DNA from: a virus
Taxonomy: Duplodnaviria > Caudoviricetes
Reading direction: 5' to 3' (one strand)
Virus record (IMG/VR): IMGVR_UViG_3300005512_000034
Coordinates: 1 to 59,148 of that record
DNA length: 59,148 nucleotides
Shown here: one piece after another, positions 35,316 through 43,842 of the stretch
Layout: each line of letters begins with the position of its first letter
Numbering within the stretch: position 1 is the stretch's first letter
Translations under genes and position numbers: made by a program
Notes under the pieces: model-generated
What the model saw: only the letters and a program-made list of their open reading frames with translations
The model's database searches: none
Told to the model about the DNA's origin: nothing

Positions 35316-37121
35316 TCAGATTGCGGCGCCCGTGAGCGCGGCGCTGGTGCGGCGAGCCTTGGCCCGCGACTCACGCTGGAGCACCTGCTCCAACTGCGCC
35401 TCGTTCATGCCCCCGCCCCCGTTTACGGTGACGCTGTTGGTGTCCCCGCCGAAGGTGTTGGACGTGCTCGATGCGTTGTTGGTGGTGTTCGTCGCGCTGG
35501 TGATCGAGCGGACCAGGTTCGCGCCGGGGATCTGAGACGCGACCGCGCTGGAGAAGCCCCCGCCCAACCCGCCCGCGAGCAACTCGAAGCCGGGGCCCGA
35601 CATGATCTGGTCCTGGAGTGCCGCGATCGCTGCCTTGACCCGGCCGATCGTCTTGCTGATCCGGTCGGCGTTGTCGTCGAGCCGCTCGAAGCCACCCGCC
35701 AGGGCATCCACCCCAGCGGTCGCCGACTCCACGATGAAGATCAGCCCGTCCAGCGCGGTCCCGACCTCGGGCACGGCGATGCCGGCCAGGTTGGCCAGCC
35801 CGTTGATCACCAACTGGAGCCCCGCCTGCACCAAGTCCACCAGCACAGCGCGCAGCGGCGCGGTCGACTCCCACAGATGCCCGAACGCCGCCGCGAGTTC
35901 TCCGGCCGCCTTGCGCAGGTCGCCCGCCTTGTCGGTCAGCCCGTCGAAGCCCTCGACTTGGCTCAGGAAGTGCCCGAGCACCGAGTCGCCGCCCCGGAGG
36001 AACACCATCACGTCCTGGACGGCGAGGGCGATCAGCGTGATGGCCGCCGCTGCGGCGGCGATGGCGGCCACGATCTCGGCTGCCCCGATGCTGCTGATCG
36101 CCGCCACGACCGGGAGCACGACCTCCAGGGCGACCGCCAGGGCCTCGGTCAGTTTGATCACCCACAGCGTGATCTGTGCGCCCGCGATCACGCCTGCGGC
36201 TGCGGTGAACGCCGCCCCGATGCCGAGCACGATGGGAGCCCAACCGCCGATGGTGTCCCGCACGACGCGGTCAGCCCCGACGACGACCCGCTGCACGAGG
36301 CGAATCCCAGCGACCACGCGGTCGGTCCACTTCTCGATCCGCTGCTGGATCAGGTCCCGGTTCGCGACGAACCACTCGCGGAAGCCCGTCAGCATCTCGG
36401 TCAACACCGGCATCAACTCGACGCCGATCGCGTTCTTGAGTCCGCCGACGGCGTCCTTCGCGTCTGCGAGGCGGTCGATGAACTCCTCGCCGGCCGCGGT
36501 CGCTTCCTGGTTGAACACGATCCCGAGTTCGCGCGCCTGGCGCCGCATCTCCTCGATGCCGGCGGCGCCCTGGTTCAGCAGCGGAAGCAACTTCGAGCCG
36601 CCCCGCCCGAAGATCTCCTGTGCAGCTGCCGTCCGCTTGTGCCCCTCCTCCAGGGTCAGCAGCCCGTCGGCGATGCGCTGGAAGGACTCCTCGGGGGCCA
36701 GGTCGACCAGGTCCGCCGCGGCAAGCCCGATGTCTCGGAGCGCGTCCGCCTGGGCCGTCGAGCCCTTCGACGCCTCGACGAGCGTCTGCGCCATCCGACG
36801 GAAGCCCGTCTCCAGGTCGCCCATCTCGGCGCCGGACAACTCCGCGGCCTTGGCGAGCTCCTGGAAGGGCTCGACCGCGAGCCCGAGGCGCTGCGCAGCC
36901 TTCGCCACGTCGTCGAACGTGGAGGCGGTCGTGAGGACCGTCGCGCCGATCGCGCCCATGGCGATCCCGATGCCGGCCGCGACCGTCTTGGCGACCCCGA
37001 GCACGTCGCCCATGGCCCCCTTGATATCGCCGAGGGCGCTGTCGAAGTTCTTGAGGCCCTTGTCGTCGACCTCGACGCCCAACTTGACGAGCAGTTCTCG
37101 GATCGTGTTGCGCTCAGCCAC
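35316..37121 (-). CDS. Tail tape measure protein
   Basis: IRELLVKLG, Ala-rich helical, AAQEIFGRGG..LLPLL; position after chaperone. Confidence 0.9.
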   Translation of the reverse strand: MAERNTIRELLVKLGVEVDDKGLKNFDSALGDIKGAMGDVLGVAKTVAAGIGIAMGAIGATVLTTASTFDDVAKAAQRLGLAVEPFQELAKAAELSGAEMGDLETGFRRMAQTLVEASKGSTAQADALRDIGLAAADLVDLAPEESFQRIADGLLTLEEGHKRTAAAQEIFGRGGSKLLPLLNQGAAGIEEMRRQARELGIVFNQEATAAGEEFIDRLADAKDAVGGLKNAIGVELMPVLTEMLTGFREWFVANRDLIQQRIEKWTDRVVAGIRLVQRVVVGADRVVRDTIGGWAPIVLGIGAAFTAAAGVIAGAQITLWVIKLTEALAVALEVVLPVVAAISSIGAAEIVAAIAAAAAAITLIALAVQDVMVFLRGGDSVLGHFLSQVEGFDGLTDKAGDLRKAAGELAAAFGHLWESTAPLRAVLVDLVQAGLQLVINGLANLAGIAVPEVGTALDGLIFIVESATAGVDALAGGFERLDDNADRISKTIGRVKAAIAALQDQIMSGPGFELLAGGLGGGFSSAVASQIPGANLVRSITSATNTTNNASSTSNTFGGDTNSVTVNGGGGMNEAQLEQVLQRESRAKARRTSAALTGAAI

Positions 37122-37123
37122 GG

Positions 37124-37387
37124 CTACTCCTGCGCCCGCTCCTCCTCAGCGATATCGAGCGCGTCGAGGGCGAGATGCGCCTCCAGCATATCCCCCAGGG
37201 TCCAATGGTCCCGGACCTCGACCAACGTGCAGGGCCAGCGCTGGTCGAGCACGGGCCGCAAGATCCACCAATTCACGCCCCCTCGGGCTGCCCGGTCGAA
37301 GGCGCGGCGGGTGCGAACGCTGAGCCCTCGATCCTCGTCTGACTGCTCGGTCAGTCCTTGGATGTACCGGGCAGCGGCAGAAAACGG
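37124..37387 (-). CDS. Tail assembly chaperone extension, probably reached by -1 frameshift
   Basis: Open -1 frame from CCGTTTT (37381-37387) to ...WTLGDMLEAHLALD; no obvious own RBS. Confidence 0.6.
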   Translation of the reverse strand, partial: PFSAAARYIQGLTEQSDEDRGLSVRTRRAFDRAARGGVNWWILRPVLDQRWPCTLVEVRDHWTLGDMLEAHLALDALDIAEEERAQE

Positions 37388-37758
37388 TTGAGCCGGATCA
37401 CGTTCCACAGCGCCTGGTAGAGCTCCATGTAGTTGCCGAGGTAGGCGGCGTCGAAGTCCAGGTCGTTGCTGAGCGCCTTGCCCGCGCGCATCGTGTTGGA
37501 GAGGGTGTCGCGGATCAGGCCGACCAACTCGGGCGAGGCCAGGGCCTTGGAGATGGTGTCGCCGAAGGCGGACAGGTCGCCCACGTCGCCGTCGCCGTCC
37601 ATGGCGCCGATCAGGTCCATCGCGGGCGCCGCGGTGCGCATCCACGCCAGGGAGACAGGCATGCCCGTCAACGCCCCGTGCAGGACGACCTGGTACTTGA
37701 CCGACTGCCCGCTGGCGTCGGGCACGGTGAACTCTCGTAGGTTCTGCTTGCTGTCCAT
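37351..37758 (-). CDS. Tail assembly chaperone
   Basis: Between tube and tape measure; DFDAAYLGNY.EL...NRF; GAGGAGG RBS. Confidence 0.75.
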   Translation of the reverse strand: MDSKQNLREFTVPDASGQSVKYQVVLHGALTGMPVSLAWMRTAAPAMDLIGAMDGDGDVGDLSAFGDTISKALASPELVGLIRDTLSNTMRAGKALSNDLDFDAAYLGNYMELYQALWNVIRLNRFLPLPGTSKD

Positions 37759-37877
37759 TCTGGACCTCCTCGCTGTCGGGAGCATAGCGGACGGGACCCC
37801 AGAACGCACCAACGCCGCCCCAGGTTGCCCCAGGACGGCGTTTCAGGCCCTCGACCGCCCTGACGGGCGCGGAAGGC

Positions 37878-38336
37878 TCAGACGAACAGCAGGGAGCCGT
37901 GTGCGGCCTTGCTCTTGAACTGCGGCAGGGCGATGCGCCAGACCCGGTCGCCCGCCGTCTTGCCCTTGTCCATCGTGGGGGGCGAGATGAAGGTCGCGTA
38001 CTGCGACGCGCCCGCGTCCCCGTTGACGGTGTCGAGCATCTGGAAGTTGAGCGGCGGGATGGCACCCACGCTGCGAGCGGTCCGCTGCGCGGCGTACAGG
38101 GTCCCGAGCAACTTGTTGGCCAGGCTCGTCTCTTTGACCGTGATGTTCGCGTATGCCAGCGTCGAGTTGAGGACGTTCGCGATGGATTGGCCGTCGGCGG
38201 TCTCCATCATCTCCACGTCGTCCTGGCTGTACTCGAACGCGATCACGCCGCCCTCGGCGCCGCCCGTGACGCGGACGGTGCCGACCATCAGGAAGACGAG
38301 ATCGAGGTTGTAGGTCTTGAGGGGTGCAGCAGCCAC
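37878..38336 (-). CDS. Tail tube protein (DUF3277-like)
   Basis: LKTYN...ADG...ITVKETSLANKLL...RVWRI; follows sheath. Confidence 0.8.
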   Translation of the reverse strand: MAAAPLKTYNLDLVFLMVGTVRVTGGAEGGVIAFEYSQDDVEMMETADGQSIANVLNSTLAYANITVKETSLANKLLGTLYAAQRTARSVGAIPPLNFQMLDTVNGDAGASQYATFISPPTMDKGKTAGDRVWRIALPQFKSKAAHGSLLFV

Positions 38337-38348
38337 GGGGGCCTCCTA

Positions 38349-39434
38349 TCAGGCAGCGAGAGAGGTCTGGCTGGCGTAGACGTTGACGGTGAAGGTCCGG
38401 GCCCCGACTGCGAGCTTGGCGCGCACGGTGAAGCGCAGGCGCTCGGCCGCGATGTCCGCCGCGGTGATGGTCTCGGCGACCGCGGAGACCTCCTCGGGGT
38501 CCGGGTCGAAGTGGTTGGCGCCCTGGCCCTGGGCGAGCCGCCCGTTGAGGATGGCCAAGATCATCGCCTGGCCGCGCCCGTCGATCGTGATCTTCTCGCC
38601 TCGGTTGGACGTGTCGACCACGGCGGCCGCGATATCCTCCTCGACCCGGGTGGCGAACCAGTCGGTCGTGACGATCTCGTAGAGCGCCCGGCCCACGATG
38701 TTCTTGCCGTCGTCGACGAAGTAGCCCTCGGTCGCGTAGGCGAGCCCGACGTTGGCGCCGTTGGTGAAGATGTACTGGCGCTCGGTCTCGGAGATGTCGG
38801 TCGTGAGGCTGTCGCCGCTCTTGACCCGCCCGTACCAGGGCGCGCTCTGGAAGTCCGGGTCGAAGGCACCGCGCGAGGCGGCCCAGCCCATGTCGTTCCA
38901 GTCGGCGTCGGTGTCGTGGTAGAGCCAGCCGGTGCGCTCGTAGGCGGCCGCGCTGCTGAACGCCGAGGGCTGGCCGGAGGTCTTCCAGTCGGCGTTGCTG
39001 GACTGGAAGATCCCGAGCATCTTCTTGTCGTTGGTCTCGATGGCGGCAGCGACCGCGATGGTGTCCGCGTCGGTCCGGCTCTCGTAGCAGACGATGTAGA
39101 AGTCGGGGTCGTGCGCGATGATCGCGGTCAGCGCCGCGGCCTCGGTCTCGGCGGGGCTGGACACGTCGTCGATGTACCCGACCTTCACCTTGGACGGGCT
39201 CGGCGACTGCGCGAACATCCGGGTGACCATGGCCAGCGTGTTCGCGTGGATGTAGCCGGCCGTGTTCGCCGCGGTCGCCTCGGAGAGCGACGAGTAGGTC
39301 GCCGTGCGCTGGCCGTTGAGGCTGTTGTTCGACAGCGCCACGATGATCATGGGCGTCGTGAAGGAAGCCCGGGGGACCGCCAGCGCCGACAGGAAGATCG
39401 TGACCGTGATGTTTGCGTCGTGGGTGAGCGCCAT
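38349..39434 (-). CDS. Tail sheath protein (DUF3383-like, compact)
   Basis: MFAQSPSPSKVKVG, DWF..RVEEDI, KITIDGRG. Confidence 0.8.
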   Translation of the reverse strand: MALTHDANITVTIFLSALAVPRASFTTPMIIVALSNNSLNGQRTATYSSLSEATAANTAGYIHANTLAMVTRMFAQSPSPSKVKVGYIDDVSSPAETEAAALTAIIAHDPDFYIVCYESRTDADTIAVAAAIETNDKKMLGIFQSSNADWKTSGQPSAFSSAAAYERTGWLYHDTDADWNDMGWAASRGAFDPDFQSAPWYGRVKSGDSLTTDISETERQYIFTNGANVGLAYATEGYFVDDGKNIVGRALYEIVTTDWFATRVEEDIAAAVVDTSNRGEKITIDGRGQAMILAILNGRLAQGQGANHFDPDPEEVSAVAETITAADIAAERLRFTVRAKLAVGARTFTVNVYASQTSLAA

Positions 39435-39445
39435 GCGTCAGCCTC

Positions 39446-40021
39446 TCAGGGGTAGGTCGAGGTGTTGACGAGGGCGTCGGGATCGACCTCGTCGAGAGGG
39501 AGCACCTGGGTGGTGATCGTCGTGACAGCCGTCGCGAGGGCCGTCTGCGTCTCCGCGTCGGGCTGGGTGCTGTGGATGTACTCGATCTCCACGTCCTGGC
39601 TCCATCGGGGCTCAAAGCCGGTGTCGAGCAGCTGCGCGATGTTCCTGCGACCGCCGCCCGCGCGGATAGTAACCCCTTGCGCCGTCAAGAGCGCAAGGCT
39701 GGCGGGGCTGCCCAGCAGCATGAACGCGCGCTCCATCCACTCGCCCGCGTCCGTGCCGTAGCCCTGGAGGCTGATCGTCATGCGCCGGAACTGCTTGTAG
39801 TAGACGATGGGGTCCGCGCCCGAGAGGCTGTTGCACTCCTGCCGGTCGCCGACTCCGACGTTCGCGAGTTCGCGCACCGTGACGTAGGCAGCCGAGGAGC
39901 GCGGCGCGTCTCCGGTCGGCTCGGCCATGCGCACCTGGGCGTCAGCCAGGCCCGCGGCGTCGCCCATCGCCTTGAACCAGACCCGGAAGCCCTGGATCGC
40001 CTGCTCGCTGGTCGACGCCAT
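39446..40021 (-). CDS. Neck/tail terminator protein
   Basis: RMTISLQGYG...LLDTGFEPR; upstream of sheath. Confidence 0.7.
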   Translation of the reverse strand: MASTSEQAIQGFRVWFKAMGDAAGLADAQVRMAEPTGDAPRSSAAYVTVRELANVGVGDRQECNSLSGADPIVYYKQFRRMTISLQGYGTDAGEWMERAFMLLGSPASLALLTAQGVTIRAGGGRRNIAQLLDTGFEPRWSQDVEIEYIHSTQPDAETQTALATAVTTITTQVLPLDEVDPDALVNTSTYP

Positions 40022-40386
40022 CAGGGGGCCTCCTGGACCTTGGTCACCAGCGCCTCGGAGCCCGGGATCAGGAACGACCCGTAGTCCTCGACCAGCGACA
40101 CGTCGTAGGTCCCGGCGTAGAGCCCGGACGCGATCACGACTTGGTCTCCGCGCGACCCGCTGGACTGCGACGCCGTCTGGAGCGCGCCGGTGTCGACGAA
40201 CACGCGCAGGGTGCTCCGGGTCCGGTAGCCCTCGGGGAGCCGCTGGAGGTCCTGCTGCCGGGCCGGCTGCACGTCGCACGCGACCGTGGTGTCCGTCGCG
40301 GCCCCATCGACCGGGCGCCCGTCGGTGCCGGTCGTCCCCGCAGCGTAGCGGCGGCGCGTGACGTTGTGCGTGGGGAACAGCGGCAT
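40021..40386 (-). CDS. Head closure protein
   Basis: VQPARQQDLQRLPEGYR; leaderless TACGGT-N6-ATG. Confidence 0.75.
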   Translation of the reverse strand: MPLFPTHNVTRRRYAAGTTGTDGRPVDGAATDTTVACDVQPARQQDLQRLPEGYRTRSTLRVFVDTGALQTASQSSGSRGDQVVIASGLYAGTYDVSLVEDYGSFLIPGSEALVTKVQEAP

Positions 40387-40467
40387 GCCGCAACCGTACC
40401 CGATCGCCGGGCGATCGTCCCCTTGCACGGTGCGCCCATTGTGCTACTATGTGCTCGTAGCAAGGAG
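40387..40467. promoter_or_regulatory. Back-to-back promoters: leaderless (minus) and cassette/operator (plus)
   Basis: Plus GATC-N6-TTGCAC-16-TACTAT; palindrome 40443-40461. Confidence 0.85.
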
Positions 40468-40473
40468 CCGAAC

Positions 40474-40956
40474 ATGAGGGACGCAGACACCCTGCCGCTG
40501 CTGGCCGCCCACCGTGGGCACGCCATCGCGGTCCACGCGCAGCGGGTCTTCCGCGAGACGCACGACGAGTGCAACTACGACGAGCAGCCGCTCGACCTGG
40601 CACTCCAGGCCGCCGTCGACTGGCAGGCGCGGTCGCTCGCTGCTGCGGTCGCCCGTGCGTCCCGGGGCGCGGCACCCAAGACGGCAGGCGCGGCGGTCCT
40701 CGGGGCGCGCGCGCTGCTGGCCTCGACCGTTGACGCCGGCATGTCCGGTATGTCGATCCGGATCGAGCGCATCGTCGGAGACCGCGCCGTGATCCTCGAC
40801 ACCATGGCCCACGAGTACCAGCGCTACAGCATCGAGGCGTGGGCCTGGTACGACCTGTGCGAGTGGGCCATGTGGGACCAGGCGCAGCGGGACAACTACG
40901 GCGACTGCGACAAGCCGCCGCCCCCGTTCCCGCGTCCCGAAGTCGGGGCGGCGTGA
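40474..40956 (+). CDS. Hypothetical protein (MRDADTLPLL...)
   Basis: Motif promoter, AAGGAG. Confidence 0.7.
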   Translation: MRDADTLPLLAAHRGHAIAVHAQRVFRETHDECNYDEQPLDLALQAAVDWQARSLAAAVARASRGAAPKTAGAAVLGARALLASTVDAGMSGMSIRIERIVGDRAVILDTMAHEYQRYSIEAWAWYDLCEWAMWDQAQRDNYGDCDKPPPPFPRPEVGAA

Positions 40957-41213
40957 TGGGCCGCGCGAACTGGTGGACGACCACGGGCCGCGCTGCGCTC
41001 GCCGCGCTGGAGATCAACCAAGCGCAGAACGCTATGGAGTTGCTCAGGCACTCGATCGCCTACGCCTGGGACATCGCGGGCCCCGCGCCCAGCGCCATCA
41101 CGAAGGCGTCGGCGTGCCTGGAGGGCGGCGTGGTGATGGTCGACGGCGGCGCGTTGACGCTCAGCGAGCGGGCAGTCGACGACGCGATCGCGGAGTTGCG
41201 CCGGCTGGGTTGA
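40956..41213 (+). CDS. Hypothetical protein
   Basis: TGATG coupling. Confidence 0.6.
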   Translation: MGRANWWTTTGRAALAALEINQAQNAMELLRHSIAYAWDIAGPAPSAITKASACLEGGVVMVDGGALTLSERAVDDAIAELRRLG

Positions 41214-41215
41214 CC

Positions 41216-41671
41216 TCAGCCCGTCCTGATTTCGTAGTCGATGGACTGACGCAAGCGCCCATCCCTAATCAGCGGGTTGTCGGCCCCCTTGGCTCGGATC
41301 GTCGACTCCGCATTGGGCGGGTCGTCGAGTTGGCGCATGGTCTCTTGCACGTCGGCGACTGCGCCCAGGCCGATCCGGTTGAGGCCCACAGCCAGCGCCG
41401 GCAACCCGCCCCCGTCGACGACCTCTTCCAAGACCTCGGCGATCTGGTCCTCGTAGACTTCCTGCTTGCTGTCCACGGTGGAGCGCAGGAACGACCGCTC
41501 GGGGATCGTCCGGGTCCCGAACTCGTTGGCGGCAGCCACGACCGCGAGCGGCGTCCCGTCCGCGGAGTCGCCCGCGTCCCCCCGGATGCCGACGAAGATC
41601 CCCGTGTCGGGCAGGCCGAGCAACGCGGCGAGCAGTTGCCGGTAGCCCAGGTCGTTGTCGCGGATGGTCAC
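41216..41671 (-). CDS. Neck / tail completion (virion morphogenesis) protein
   Basis: NEFGT..IPERSFLR, PNAESTIRAKG.DNPLI.DG.LRQSI. Confidence 0.85.
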   Translation of the reverse strand: MTIRDNDLGYRQLLAALLGLPDTGIFVGIRGDAGDSADGTPLAVVAAANEFGTRTIPERSFLRSTVDSKQEVYEDQIAEVLEEVVDGGGLPALAVGLNRIGLGAVADVQETMRQLDDPPNAESTIRAKGADNPLIRDGRLRQSIDYEIRTG

Positions 41672-42069
41672 GGCACCGCGGGCACGACCCGCATGACGAC
41701 CTGCCGCTTGCGGAGCGCCAGGTAGAGCCGCCCGTACTTGGTCTCCATCAGCTGCGCCTCCTCGGCGGTCCCTGCGGACGAGACCGGAGAGGCGTAGGCG
41801 ATGGCGCGCGAGCCCTCCCGCTTGGAGGACACGGGGCCTCCTGCGGTCGCGCTGGCGGCGCTTGCAGCGCTGGGGGATGCTGCGGCCGCGTCCGCCATCG
41901 TGAGCAGGTGCGCGGCGTAGTACGCCATCGCGGTCGCGTAGGTGCCGACCGACCAAGCCGACGCGGTGTGAACCCCGGTCGCGATCAGGATGAACTGGTC
42001 CAGCGTTGCCGTGGAGACGCCCGCCATCTCGGGCGCCAGGCTGATCAGCAGGTCGGTCGACGCCGACAT
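41668..42069 (-). CDS. Head-tail adaptor (DUF4054-like)
   Basis: YYAAHLL, VSSKREG...Y, TKYGRLYLAL. Confidence 0.82.
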   Translation of the reverse strand: MSASTDLLISLAPEMAGVSTATLDQFILIATGVHTASAWSVGTYATAMAYYAAHLLTMADAAAASPSAASAASATAGGPVSSKREGSRAIAYASPVSSAGTAEEAQLMETKYGRLYLALRKRQVVMRVVPAVP

Positions 42070-42401
42070 CAGCTGAACAGTCCCTTGCCGCCGCCCTGGC
42101 TCGCCGAAAGCGTCTGGTCGTCGAACAGCGACTTGTTGCCAGGGTTCTCGCGGAGCAGCGCCCAGACCTCGGGGGTGACAGCGACGCTCGGCTGCGGGAG
42201 CGGACGACCGGCCTTGTCGACGCGGCCCGTGTCCAGGCTGGAGCCGATCATGACCTCGACGGTGTAGCCCTGCCCTGGAGCCGCCATCTGGCGCGCGTGC
42301 GCCATGTACGGCGCCTTCACGCCGTCCTTCGTGTAGGCGGTCTCGGGCAGGACCGCGGCGAGCGTGACCTGGGCCTCGGTGTTGTTGCGGATCTGGATCA
42401 T
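42069..42401 (-). CDS. Hypothetical head-region protein
   Basis: GGAGG RBS; follows capsid. Confidence 0.65.
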   Translation of the reverse strand: MIQIRNNTEAQVTLAAVLPETAYTKDGVKAPYMAHARQMAAPGQGYTVEVMIGSSLDTGRVDKAGRPLPQPSVAVTPEVWALLRENPGNKSLFDDQTLSASQGGGKGLFS

Positions 42402-42566
42402 GGTGCTGGGCCTCCTGTGCCCCGGAACACCCTACCGCGGCGCGAACAGCAGCGCCCAGAGCAAGTCCGCCCCCCTCGCTGTCATGGCGAGGAGGGCGGC
42501 GGGCTGCGACGAGCGACCATGTTGTAGCGAGGAGACCGAGCAGCCCGGCCTCCACACTGTAGCCGA

Positions 42567-43763
42567 TCAGGAGGCCGCGGTCACCAACAGCAACAGGTTG
42601 TTGCCGGCGTCGCGCATCACGATGCCGCCCGTTGCCATCCACAGGTGGGTGACGTTGTCGTACCCGAAGGACTGCTGCGGGAGCACGTTGAGGCCGCCCA
42701 TGGTCTCGTGGACCACGCTGTCGGCGTCGTCGTTGTAGAACAGGATCCCGTCGACCGCGGCCGAGGAGCCGATGCCCTTCATCTCGTAGGCGGTCTCGAT
42801 GCGGCTGATCTCGGGGTGGTAGTCCAGGAACTTCTGCCCGATCGACTTGTCCGACGCGGTGCTGTACTCGGTCTGCATCAGGTAGTTGCGGACGCGGATC
42901 GAGGTCACCATCCGGTTCGGCCCGAAGACCCCACCGGACTGCTCCTGCGCGTAGTTGCTCGCGCTGTTGAGCGCGGCCAGCACGTTGGCGTTGCTCGCGG
43001 ACCCGTCGAAGGCGACGGCCTCGACCTTCTTGGCGAGCCACGGGTAGGTCAGGACGCCGTAGTAGTCCTGCGCGGTGTCGCCGTTCCAGAGCTTGTCGTT
43101 CAGGAACTGGTCCATCGCCCGGCGAGCCGAGCGCATCTTGCGCTCCAACTCGTTGATCCCGGCCATGCGGGCGGACATCATCTGAAAGACGGACGTGCGG
43201 ACCGAGGTCACGACGTAGCGCACGGGGAACGTCTGCTCCTTCTGCGCGTAGCCGGCCTGCTTGTTCTGGTCGGACGAGCCGCGATACCAGCCCGCCTCGC
43301 CGTTGTCCAGGAAGCGGCGCACGGTGTGCGTGCGGGCCCCGAGGGGGATGCCGGCGCCGGTGCGGAACATGCGGAAGGCGTTGAGCGGCTTGGCCTTCTC
43401 CTCCAGCACCTTGCGGTGGATGTAGTCCAGGTCGCGGGCCAGGACGGCGCCGCCTGCCGTGCTGAACGCGTCGGCGCGCTGGTCGTCCACGCGGATGCCG
43501 CCAGACTCGGCGATCTTGCGGGCCAGGTCGGGGCTGCGCTCCAACTCGCGATCGAAGACCGCGGCGTTGCGGGCCTGGACGTACTCGATCCACGCCTGCT
43601 GCGGGTCGACGCCGACGCCGGGGTCACTCGCGTCGGCGCGCATGCTGCCACCAGCGCGCAGCACCGCGTCGTTGAGCATGCCGTGGAGGCGGTCGCCGTG
43701 CTCCCAGGGGCGCGCCTCGAAGCGGCCGCCGGTGTTGTCGAGGTACAGGGCTCGGATGGTCAT
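42567..43763 (-). CDS. Major capsid protein (DUF2184-like)
   Basis: ARDLDYI, ARRAMD..LN..LWNGD....YGVLTYP, LPQQ, TGGIVM; position. Confidence 0.85.
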   Translation of the reverse strand: MTIRALYLDNTGGRFEARPWEHGDRLHGMLNDAVLRAGGSMRADASDPGVGVDPQQAWIEYVQARNAAVFDRELERSPDLARKIAESGGIRVDDQRADAFSTAGGAVLARDLDYIHRKVLEEKAKPLNAFRMFRTGAGIPLGARTHTVRRFLDNGEAGWYRGSSDQNKQAGYAQKEQTFPVRYVVTSVRTSVFQMMSARMAGINELERKMRSARRAMDQFLNDKLWNGDTAQDYYGVLTYPWLAKKVEAVAFDGSASNANVLAALNSASNYAQEQSGGVFGPNRMVTSIRVRNYLMQTEYSTASDKSIGQKFLDYHPEISRIETAYEMKGIGSSAAVDGILFYNDDADSVVHETMGGLNVLPQQSFGYDNVTHLWMATGGIVMRDAGNNLLLLVTAAS

Positions 43764-43842
43764 GGGGGGCTCCTGGGGGCCGGGCTGTCCCCGGCTTGAG
43801 GGGTTGGCGGCGAGCCCGGAGTGGGCCCGCCGCAAGGGTGGA

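Noticed and set aside
42520-42565. TGTAGCGAGGAG after the capsid gene as another cassette promoter
   Set aside because: Only a half site; no left arm, -35 or downstream start
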